Positions 1 to 7,754 of a DNA stretch of 20,000 bases are shown here, piece after piece (the first letter of the stretch is position 1; every line of letters starts with the position of its first letter). A program made the translations under genes and the position numbers. The stretch comes from an uncultured virus (IMG/VR IMGVR_UViG_3300023108_002122) (taxonomy: Duplodnaviria > Heunggongvirae > Uroviricota > Caudoviricetes), in IMG/VR virus record IMGVR_UViG_3300023108_002122; one strand, 5' to 3'. The notes below the pieces were generated by a model that ran no database searches, was not told the DNA's origin, and saw only the letters and a program-made list of their open reading frames with translations.

Positions 1-22
1 CGTCAAAAAGTTTAGAAGCCAT
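1..22 (-). CDS. 5' fragment of the next minus-strand gene (MASKLFD...), probably the gp2 DNA end protector; truncated by the window edge
   Basis: On the minus strand the gp4 stop TAA is immediately followed by ATG GCT TCT AAA CTT TTT GAC, with an AGGA SD just upstream. Identity is inferred only from gp4-gp2 synteny in T4-like phages. Confidence 0.5.
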
Positions 23-475
23 TTATTTTATTCCTAGCTGATCTTCCGTATAAATTGCAAAATCCCATCCTCGTCCTGTGCACCAAGCTCGAGCCGCTTT
101 CCATTTTGCTTCGTTTATTCCCCAAGTTTTAACCTCGTTTAAATACCTTCTTGAAACCTTTCCGTTTGCAGTCTTTTTATTTCTAATATCTGGCGGTCTA
201 GTTTGAGACTTAGGTTTGATTTCAATCATCAAAGTTCTAGGTCCTGCTGGTGTTTTCCTATGTATTACTACATCTGGAAAATACCTATGTCTTTTACCGT
301 CAATTGGTGAGTAATATGGTATTACGTATTCCTCACTTGCCCACCAAATAACATCAGGATGAATATCTACATGCCTAAAAAATTTAAACTCCCACATTGA
401 GCGGTAGTATATTTTAGACGGATCACCCTTATATTTGCTAGGATTTTTTGGACGAAATCTTCCACTATAAGCCAA
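23..475 (-). CDS. gp4: Head completion nuclease, T4 gp4-like (TnsA-N/PD-(D/E)xK fold)
   Basis: Typical motifs: AYSGRFRPKNPSKYKGDP, YRSMWE, WASEE.VIPYYSPIDGKRHRYFPD, IEIKPKSQT, NEAKWKAA. TTG start preceded by a GAGGA SD (481-485, minus strand). Confidence 0.93.
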   Translation of the reverse strand: MAYSGRFRPKNPSKYKGDPSKIYYRSMWEFKFFRHVDIHPDVIWWASEEYVIPYYSPIDGKRHRYFPDVVIHRKTPAGPRTLMIEIKPKSQTRPPDIRNKKTANGKVSRRYLNEVKTWGINEAKWKAARAWCTGRGWDFAIYTEDQLGIK

Positions 476-494
476 ATCGTTCCTCGCAATTCAA

Positions 495-502
495 TATAAA
501 TA
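495..502 (+). promoter_or_regulatory. T4-type late promoter TATAAATA for the baseplate operon
   Basis: Exact gp55-dependent consensus in the intergenic gap, about 40 nt upstream of the ATG at 542. Confidence 0.85.
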
Positions 503-515
503 GAAATAATAATTT

Positions 516-523
516 TATTTATA
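516..523 (-). promoter_or_regulatory. T4-type late promoter TATAAATA for gp4 and downstream genes
   Basis: TATTTATA on the plus strand equals the exact consensus on the minus strand, about 40 nt upstream of the gp4 start. Confidence 0.85.
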
Positions 524-541
524 AGAAATAAGGGCGATCAT

Positions 542-1543
542 ATGGCAAGAACTAAACGGGTTGAGTTTTATAGTAGACTAGCAGAAAAAGAAAATGCTGG
601 TGCTATGTCTCATTTAAGATTTCCTGATAAGCCATTTCCACATACAATGTTAATGGTATTTAAAAAATATGATTTCCAACAATATAAAAGTGGTTTTGGT
701 TTAAACGAATCTGCGTTTGATGCTGCTGATAGAGGATCTGGGATTGGACTAAGAAGTTCTGATTCTATAGAATTGCCTTTTCCAAAACAATTAGTTGATA
801 CAAATACAATGAGACTTAATGGATATGAAAGGTCTCCAATTACAGAAAACCTTACTTTACAATTAACAAAAGATATGGGAAAGGGAGAAGCTACTATAAA
901 TCAACTACCACAATTAATACAAGCTCAAGGTGCTTCTATTGCTGGTTTAGCTCAAAGCACAAGTGGCGGTGAAGTTATGGATTCTATAAAAGGTTTTAAG
1001 GTACAAGATGTTGCAAGTGCTGCTACATATTTAGCAAGAAAATTAATTCCTGGCGATATTGCTAGAAGTATTAACTCAGCTACAGGACAAGTAGTTAATC
1101 CTCGTGAAACACTTGCTTTTGAAGGTGTTAACTTAAGAAATCATCAATTTAATTGGGATTTATATCCAACTAACCAACGAGATTCAGAAAGGATTAGAGA
1201 AATAGTTGAAAAAATTAAACAAAATTCTTTACCATCTGTACAAGATTTACCAGGAATTAGAAGAGCATTCTTAAAATATCCATCAGTTGTAGATATTTAC
1301 TTATTAGGTGTTAATCAAGAATATTATATGAAATTTAAAACTTCTATGGTTACTAACTTTACTGTTGATTATGGTGCAGGTGGTAATTTAGCAATTATAA
1401 AAGGTGGTAAACCAGCAGGTGTAAATATCGCATTACAATTATCAGAACTAGAAATTGAAAGTGCCCAAGATTATGGAGTAACTGCTCCTGATAAAGCAAA
1501 AACATTTGCTACAGGATATGATGGTGAAGGAGATACAGACTAA
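542..1543 (+). CDS. gp48: Baseplate tail-tube cap, T4 gp48-like
   Basis: Motifs IELPFP, VNPRETLAFEGVNLRNHQFNWDLYP, FLKYPSVVDI, VTNFTVDY, LQLSELEI. Divergent from gp4 and directly upstream of gp53, as in marine T4-like phages. Confidence 0.85.
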   Translation: MARTKRVEFYSRLAEKENAGAMSHLRFPDKPFPHTMLMVFKKYDFQQYKSGFGLNESAFDAADRGSGIGLRSSDSIELPFPKQLVDTNTMRLNGYERSPITENLTLQLTKDMGKGEATINQLPQLIQAQGASIAGLAQSTSGGEVMDSIKGFKVQDVASAATYLARKLIPGDIARSINSATGQVVNPRETLAFEGVNLRNHQFNWDLYPTNQRDSERIREIVEKIKQNSLPSVQDLPGIRRAFLKYPSVVDIYLLGVNQEYYMKFKTSMVTNFTVDYGAGGNLAIIKGGKPAGVNIALQLSELEIESAQDYGVTAPDKAKTFATGYDGEGDTD

Positions 1544-1920
1544 TGACTAGATACTTTGAAGAATTTCCAACTGTAGAATACGAAGGACAACAAGTAAAAG
1601 ATATTACTCGTAGAAATTCTTTAACTAACTTTGTATTAAATAATCCTATGCTGTATATGCCTTATACAGTAAAAGAAGGTCAGCGTCCAGAAGATGTTGC
1701 AAGTTTTTATTATGGCTCAACAGATTATACATGGTTAGTTTATATGTCTAATAATATCATTGATCCGTATATTCAATGGCCAATGGCGACTGCAGAATTT
1801 AATGACTATTTAATTTCAAAATATGGTGAGCAATCTGGCAAAGTTGGAGAAGAAGTTGTTGAATGGGCATTTGAGCAAAACGGTGAAAACATTGTTTATT
1901 ATTATAAAGTAGTAGGATAA
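1543..1920 (+). CDS. gp53: Baseplate wedge gp53, N-terminal (LysM-like) part
   Basis: YFEEFPTVEY, YTVKEGQRPEDVASFYYGSTDYTWLVYMSNNIIDPYIQWP, YLISKYG. TAATG overlap with gp48. Confidence 0.9.
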   Translation: MTRYFEEFPTVEYEGQQVKDITRRNSLTNFVLNNPMLYMPYTVKEGQRPEDVASFYYGSTDYTWLVYMSNNIIDPYIQWPMATAEFNDYLISKYGEQSGKVGEEVVEWAFEQNGENIVYYYKVVG

Positions 1921-1923
1921 AAT

Positions 1924-2181
1924 ATGGCTGTAGAAATTGTTAAATTAGCACCAGAATCTTTTAGAACAATATATCTTCGTAAAGAAGATCGTGTTATTTT
2001 ACGCACAGAACTTGGCCGTAAAATTATTGTTAAACGTATTATTCCAGACGAGTGGATTGAATGGAGAATATACGATCAAGAAATTACCGATAATGAAAAT
2101 AGAAAAGAAATTTTCTTACTCGATCGAGATTATTTAAACCAAATTAGTGACGAATTCCGCAGAAAGATAAGAAGTAGATAA
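1924..2181 (+). CDS. Separately encoded C-terminal part of gp53
   Basis: YDQEITDNENRKEIFLLDRDYLNQISDEF resembles the gp53 C-terminal consensus (YE.E...NE.KR.I.LL...Y....EF). Same frame as the upstream ORF, with its own AGGA SD. Confidence 0.75.
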   Translation: MAVEIVKLAPESFRTIYLRKEDRVILRTELGRKIIVKRIIPDEWIEWRIYDQEITDNENRKEIFLLDRDYLNQISDEFRRKIRSR

Positions 2182-3569
2182 TGGCTGACACATCATTTAA
2201 TCCGTCTGAAGCCGAAATAATTTCTATTAAAATTACTTCATATGATGGATCAAAAACAGAAGATTTATCAACAAACTTTTATTATGAGTTTGGCGTAAAA
2301 CAGAGCATAGATTCTCCTGCTTGGCAAGGTTATATCAAAGTTATTGATGCTATTGGTTTTTTAGAAAAGTTTCCATTAAGAGCAGAAGAAAAAATGGAAT
2401 TAAAATTAATTGCTTCTGATTTAAATACGGAAATTAATTTATATACAAATATAATAAAAGTAACAGATATTCAACCGCTTCAAAGTAATAATGGATCATC
2501 ATATACAATTCATTTTGTATCTGAAGAAACATTTAAAGGTGGTACAAGATCAGTATCTAAAGCATATGATTTACAAACAAGTGATACTGTAAGAGAAGTA
2601 TTTAATACATATTATTCTAATATTCCTACAAAAGAAAATGCATCAACACAAGATTCAGTACATGATAGAGTATTACCGTTTGGTGCAAGAAGATATTTAA
2701 TAACAGAAACACAAAAAAGAAAACAACAAAGAAATCTTTTTATACAAGATACTGCATCTCGTTCTAGATTAGTAATACCGCGTTTAACTCCTGCAGAAAC
2801 AATGCAAATGTTAGGAGCTAGATCATATAATCCAGAAACTCCTTCTTGTACTTTTAGATTTTTTGAAACTTTAGAAAATTATTATTTTTGTACAGATGAA
2901 TTCTTAGTAAAAGATATCGAAAATGATCATGTTATACAATTGTATTACAGCCCAACGGCAAGTGTAGATCCTAAAGCACCTTTAGATCAAATTAATAGAA
3001 TAGAATCATTACATATCGCTCAAAAAAGTATTGATTTAGAAAAAGATGTTTTTTCTGGCTCATACAGAAGTGAAGTAACTGAATTAGATTTTGTGAGAAA
3101 GAAAGCAAATATAAGAAATTTCAATTATGATACTGATGGTAAATATATGGATATGAAAGGTGATATTAGAAGCCTGGATGATAATCCTCATACAGAAGAA
3201 TTTCGTAATGATATATTCACAAAAGAAAATGCAAGATCATTTATGATCTTTAAAGATTATCAATCTAGTGGTGATCTAAGTTCTAATATACATAGAAATA
3301 GATTTCTATCTGAAATAATTCAGAATAGAGTATCTTATCTTTCTCATTTAAATAATACACAAGTTGAAGTATCTTTAAAAGGTAGATTAGATATTAGACC
3401 TGGTTATATTGTAAATTTAAATATACCAGAATTATCTACTGGCACTTTAAATAACGAAACATTATCAGGTAGATATTTAATAAAAAGTACTTCACATGTA
3501 ATTAGTGAGGGTGTTTTAGAAACAAGTTTACAACTTTCTAAATTTGATTGGAATAGAGGCGATGTTTGA
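2181..3569 (+). CDS. Baseplate hub protein, gp27-like (contractile tail hub)
   Basis: Lies directly before gp5. C-terminal LKGRLDIRPGYIVNLNIP...LSGRYLIKSTSHVI...TSLQLSK and central FRFFET are typical of gp27/GPD-like hub proteins. Confidence 0.7.
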   Translation: MADTSFNPSEAEIISIKITSYDGSKTEDLSTNFYYEFGVKQSIDSPAWQGYIKVIDAIGFLEKFPLRAEEKMELKLIASDLNTEINLYTNIIKVTDIQPLQSNNGSSYTIHFVSEETFKGGTRSVSKAYDLQTSDTVREVFNTYYSNIPTKENASTQDSVHDRVLPFGARRYLITETQKRKQQRNLFIQDTASRSRLVIPRLTPAETMQMLGARSYNPETPSCTFRFFETLENYYFCTDEFLVKDIENDHVIQLYYSPTASVDPKAPLDQINRIESLHIAQKSIDLEKDVFSGSYRSEVTELDFVRKKANIRNFNYDTDGKYMDMKGDIRSLDDNPHTEEFRNDIFTKENARSFMIFKDYQSSGDLSSNIHRNRFLSEIIQNRVSYLSHLNNTQVEVSLKGRLDIRPGYIVNLNIPELSTGTLNNETLSGRYLIKSTSHVISEGVLETSLQLSKFDWNRGDV

Positions 3570-5688
3570 TTTTGGTGTAGGTCTTAAAGATCCGGTATTT
3601 TTTGTAGGAGTGGTCGAAAATAATATCGATCCTCGCAAAGAAGGACGCGTGCAAGTAAGAGCCTTTGGTGTGCACGGAACTAACTCTGATGTCCCTACAG
3701 ATATGCTTCCTTGGGCTATTGTTGTGCAAGGTGACTATAACCCTAACAATATTCCAAAGATAAACAGCTGGGTGTTTGGTGTGTTCTTAGATAGTAGAGA
3801 TGCACAACAACCAATGGTACTTGGATTAATTCCAACTCAAATGACAGAACCATTAACACCTGATTCAATTAAAAAACAAGGATGGGGTGTAATACCAGAT
3901 AGAGATAGTAAACTCTTAGCACAAGGATCTGAGCCAGAAAGTTTTGGACAACCTCAAAATTCAAGACTTGCTCGTGGTGAAAAGATTGAGGAAACAAAAG
4001 TCTTTCAACAAGAAATGGCTAGAAAGAAAAACGTTAAAGTCGGAGGTAAAGATGAAACGTGGGATGAGCCTGGCACTGCTTATAATGCTGAGTATCCCTT
4101 CAATAAAGTAATAGAAACCGGAGCGCATACTATTGAACTAGACGACACTCCAGGTGCCGAAAGGATTATGATCCATCACGGTTCCGGTTCCTTTGTGCAA
4201 ATTGATACTAGAGGTACTGTTACAGAAAAAGCAGTATCAGATAAATTTGAAGTGATGGACCGTAAACAACACGTAGTTGTTGGCGGGATGAGCACAGTAA
4301 CCATTGAAGGTAATAGTTATGTTTACGTGAAAGGAAATAAAATAGAAGAAATCGAAGGAGATTTACAAACATTAGTTCACGGTAATCATATGTTATCAGT
4401 AGGTGGACAAAGCACGATTAATGCTTCTGATCAAGCTCAAATGAGAGGAGCTGATGTTAAGATAGAAGCCAACGTAGGTACAATGGCAATTAATGCTAAT
4501 AAAGAAATGCAAATCCAAGCTGGTAAGTTTGGTAATCCATATGGAGCACTTTCAATTAAGTCAGAAAAAATTCTTGTGGATGCTACAGATAAATTACATT
4601 TAAGAGGTAATACACAAGTTAATGTACAATCTGTTGCAGAAATGAATTTCTCGGCACTTACAATTAATCAACTTTCAGCGACTTGGTCAGCACAAGCTTC
4701 ATTAACAACTACAATATCTAGTGCACTTACTACAGATATTACTGGAGGCATTGATGTTGCTATTGGAGGTGGAGTACAAACAAATATTAATTCTCCAATT
4801 GTAAATATTGATAACTTTGTTAACTTAGCTGGTGGATTAGCACGACCTGCTATACCTTCATTAGTAGCAGCTAAATTCACAATTCCGCCAATACCAAGTA
4901 AAGCATTTATTCCAACATCACCTATTCCTGAAATTGCTTGGGGAGCCGCTACAGTATTTGCACCTGAACCAGTTAATAAATCAACTGCTCTTATTACAGC
5001 AGATTTAGGTTCGATGGGTAGTACTGGTTACAATTCTATAGATCATAAAGGTGAAACTCGTACATTATACGCAAGTAATGTGATTGCTTCTGTTTCTGCT
5101 GGAGCAGCTGCACCATTATTAGACTTTATTGGTGATTTAGAAAGTAACGGATATGATGATATTTCTGGATTAGTTTCCAAATCAAGATATCCGGCCAAGA
5201 AGCTTACTGATATGACTATTCAAGAAGTACTTGATTGGCAAGAAAGTATTGATAGTAAACAAAGCTCAGAGGCTGCTGGTCGTTATCAAATTATGGAAGA
5301 TACTTTACGAGGTTATAATAATGATAATAATAATGGTCCAGGAAGACCATTATATAAGAGAGCCGGCTTAAGTGCAAGTGATAAGTTTAGTGCTGCAAAC
5401 CAAGATAAATTAGCAATTGCATTATTAAAAACAAGAGGATTAGATTCATACTTAAAAGGTAAAATTAGTAGAGAAAAATTTGCTTATAACCTAGCATGTG
5501 AATGGGCTTCATTACCATTAGTTACTGGACCTAATGCTGGTAAGAGTAGATATGATAGTAATACGAATAAATCTTTAACTAAAGTAAAAGACTTTTTACA
5601 AGTATTAGATAAAGTTAAATCTAGTTATTCTATTAAAGAAGGTACTGCATTAGCTCAAACTATAACGCCTGGAGGTAACATCGCATGA
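3562..5688 (+). CDS. gp5: Baseplate central spike gp5: OB-fold, beta-helix, Pro-rich linker and C-terminal lambda-type lysozyme (GH104-like)
   Basis: OB-fold FFVGVVENNIDPRKEGRVQVRAFGVH, LPWA, WVFGVFLD...QQPMVLG. YPFNKVIET..HTIELDDTPGAERI followed by V.G-rich beta-helix repeats. C-terminal LLDFIGDLES, AAGRYQIM..TL, FSAANQD, EWASLP. Start moved to the ATG at 3562, which follows GAGG. Confidence 0.9.
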   Translation: MFDFGVGLKDPVFFVGVVENNIDPRKEGRVQVRAFGVHGTNSDVPTDMLPWAIVVQGDYNPNNIPKINSWVFGVFLDSRDAQQPMVLGLIPTQMTEPLTPDSIKKQGWGVIPDRDSKLLAQGSEPESFGQPQNSRLARGEKIEETKVFQQEMARKKNVKVGGKDETWDEPGTAYNAEYPFNKVIETGAHTIELDDTPGAERIMIHHGSGSFVQIDTRGTVTEKAVSDKFEVMDRKQHVVVGGMSTVTIEGNSYVYVKGNKIEEIEGDLQTLVHGNHMLSVGGQSTINASDQAQMRGADVKIEANVGTMAINANKEMQIQAGKFGNPYGALSIKSEKILVDATDKLHLRGNTQVNVQSVAEMNFSALTINQLSATWSAQASLTTTISSALTTDITGGIDVAIGGGVQTNINSPIVNIDNFVNLAGGLARPAIPSLVAAKFTIPPIPSKAFIPTSPIPEIAWGAATVFAPEPVNKSTALITADLGSMGSTGYNSIDHKGETRTLYASNVIASVSAGAAAPLLDFIGDLESNGYDDISGLVSKSRYPAKKLTDMTIQEVLDWQESIDSKQSSEAAGRYQIMEDTLRGYNNDNNNGPGRPLYKRAGLSASDKFSAANQDKLAIALLKTRGLDSYLKGKISREKFAYNLACEWASLPLVTGPNAGKSRYDSNTNKSLTKVKDFLQVLDKVKSSYSIKEGTALAQTITPGGNIA

Positions 5689-7328
5689 TTCCACATTTAG
5701 ATCCTTGCTTAACTCCATCATCAGCTGCAATAAATATTAGCTCCGGAATACTAACGAATAATAACGGAGAATATACAAAAGATCAAATTGCAGTATTTGA
5801 AAAAGAATTTAAAGATTCAATTGTAAGAGAAGTAGAAACTAATCCATTATCTAAAATGGTTAAAGAATATGGAAATGATTTTTATGACGTTCATAATTAT
5901 TTAAATCAAGCTCTAAAAAATAATAAAGATAAATTAAATAATTTTGGTGCTCTTAGTGAAAGAACAGATGGCGGAAAAAGTCCAGCAATAACTCCAGCAG
6001 AAACTGCTGCAATGATGGATGATTATGGATTTACTGTTAACACTCTTACAAAAGCAATTAATGAAAGATTTGATGGTGTATTAACTCAATTAGATGGATA
6101 TTATAGAGATAGTTTTTCATCTAGTATTATGGGCGGATTTTGTGGATTATTCCAAAGCGCATTTGTATTAATTAATGGCTTCTTTAATTTAGTAGGACAA
6201 GTTCAAGGTTTAATAAGTGATGCAATATCTTTTGTAAATAAAATTAAAAATATTGAAGATGCGGCTAAAGCATTCTTTGAGCAATTAAAAGTTAAAGCAT
6301 TAATTGAAGCAATTAAAAAGAAAATTGTTGATACTGTTGAAGGTGTTATTAAGAGCGTTGTTTCCGCGATTGAGAATTTTGATATAGGTGAAGTTGTTAA
6401 TGATATTGGAGTTTTTATTCAAGAAAATATTATTAATAGAGTTGAAGATATTAAAAATGGTATTGTAGAATTTTTTAGTGATGAAAATATAGAAGGTATT
6501 AAAAACAAAATCACTGGATTATTTGATTACGCAGTAGGATTATTTGAAAATCCTTCTTTAGAAGAAATTCAATTTTTAATTTTGAGAATTTGTGGATTTG
6601 CAGCAGGTGTCGAAGGATTAATTAAAGGAACAAGAGCACCATTAGACGATTTCCAAAATAGATATAGAGAAGTTTTTAACAATTTACAAAATGCTTCTAA
6701 TAGAATTGAAGGTGAATCTATTAGAGCTGGTGCAATAAGATTTTCTGAGCCAAGACGTAAAGAGGTAATAAATAATACTAAGGAAGAGTGGGCAAATATA
6801 GATCCTGATTATCAGTATCAAATAACAGAAACTACTCAAACGACTACTGAAGATGATGGTGAAATACCAGTATCTAAATATGATGGTTTAGTAGAACAAA
6901 TGAAGTCTCTTCCTAAATGGAAAGATTTGAAAAACGGAAAAGATTCTAGATTTAAAGTAGAAGGTGATTGGGTTAAAGATCTTGGTGCTGACGGTTGGAA
7001 TAGAATACTAGATAAAGTTAAACTTCAATTACAAAGTTTACAAAAATCTGCTAAAGAAGCAGGAATTACAGATCAATTAATTATTATGAGTGGCTGGAGA
7101 AGCCAAGAATATAATAAGAAGCAAGTTGAACAAGATCCTGGAACTGGATCACACAGCTTTGGATTAGCTGTTGATGTTACTTGGGATGATTTTTATGCTC
7201 GAGCAGATAAAACGGATGAGTTTGCCGAATTGGCAAAAAAGGCAGGATTTAGAAATATAGGAATGAGAGATAAGTTTATACATCTTGGTATGGGACAAAC
7301 TAATTATTGGGATGTAAGAACACAATAG
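5685..7328 (+). CDS. Putative structural protein with a long helical N-terminal/central region and a C-terminal peptidase M15 (M15_3/YcbK-like) domain
   Basis: C-terminal IMSGWRSQEYN, SHSFGLAVD, GFRNIG...FIH give the H490/D497/H533 zinc-ligand pattern. ATGA overlap with gp5. Confidence 0.72.
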   Translation: MIPHLDPCLTPSSAAINISSGILTNNNGEYTKDQIAVFEKEFKDSIVREVETNPLSKMVKEYGNDFYDVHNYLNQALKNNKDKLNNFGALSERTDGGKSPAITPAETAAMMDDYGFTVNTLTKAINERFDGVLTQLDGYYRDSFSSSIMGGFCGLFQSAFVLINGFFNLVGQVQGLISDAISFVNKIKNIEDAAKAFFEQLKVKALIEAIKKKIVDTVEGVIKSVVSAIENFDIGEVVNDIGVFIQENIINRVEDIKNGIVEFFSDENIEGIKNKITGLFDYAVGLFENPSLEEIQFLILRICGFAAGVEGLIKGTRAPLDDFQNRYREVFNNLQNASNRIEGESIRAGAIRFSEPRRKEVINNTKEEWANIDPDYQYQITETTQTTTEDDGEIPVSKYDGLVEQMKSLPKWKDLKNGKDSRFKVEGDWVKDLGADGWNRILDKVKLQLQSLQKSAKEAGITDQLIIMSGWRSQEYNKKQVEQDPGTGSHSFGLAVDVTWDDFYARADKTDEFAELAKKAGFRNIGMRDKFIHLGMGQTNYWDVRTQ

Positions 7329-7337
7329 GAAAAATAA

Positions 7338-7754
7338 ATGTCACAAACTTTATTTACAGGTAATACAAAAAAGATAACAATCTATCAAGATTTTAAAAAG
7401 AATCTTGAAAAAAGTCCTGTCTCTGCAGATCTTACGGTAAATAAAGATGAAGAAGCTGTAAAAGAATCAATCAAAAATCTTATTCTTACCGATAGAGGTG
7501 AAAGATTAATGCAACCAAATTTAGGTGCAAGTATTAGAGGTTTATTATTTGAAAATATTACTCCTGCAACTCTTAAATTAATTCAAGATAGAGTTGAAGA
7601 AACAATCAATTTATACGAACCAAGAGCAGAGCTTATTGATGTTGTCGCAGAATCAAACATCGATGACAATATAGTACGTGTTAAAATTGTATTTTACATA
7701 TCTAACATTCAACAGCCTATAACAGTGGATGTATTTTTAGAGAGGACGCGATAA
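7338..7754 (+). CDS. gp25: Baseplate wedge subunit / sheath nucleator gp25
   Basis: AVKESIKNLILTDRGERLMQPNLGASIRGLLFE, INLYEPRAEL, FLERTR. AGGA SD upstream. Confidence 0.95.
   Translation: MSQTLFTGNTKKITIYQDFKKNLEKSPVSADLTVNKDEEAVKESIKNLILTDRGERLMQPNLGASIRGLLFENITPATLKLIQDRVEETINLYEPRAELIDVVAESNIDDNIVRVKIVFYISNIQQPITVDVFLERTR

Noticed and set aside
23..475. TnsA-like endonuclease suggesting a Tn7 transposon or homing endonuclease
   Set aside because: Sequence and context match T4 gp4 head completion protein, which shares this fold. No other transposon genes or ends are present.
1918..1920. Stop-codon reassignment (alternative genetic code) explaining the gp53 split
   Set aside because: TAA, TAG (7326-7328, 14766-14768) and TGA (3567-3569, 5686-5688) all terminate full-length genes, and other genes are uninterrupted under the standard code.
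3544..3561. ORF-track start of gp5 at 3544 (TTG)
   Set aside because: The ATG at 3562 has an upstream GAGG and gives a smaller overlap with the hub gene.
7338..7754. gp25 as an additional lysozyme
   Set aside because: The 'gene 25-like lysozyme' label is a legacy annotation. gp25 is a structural sheath-nucleating protein.
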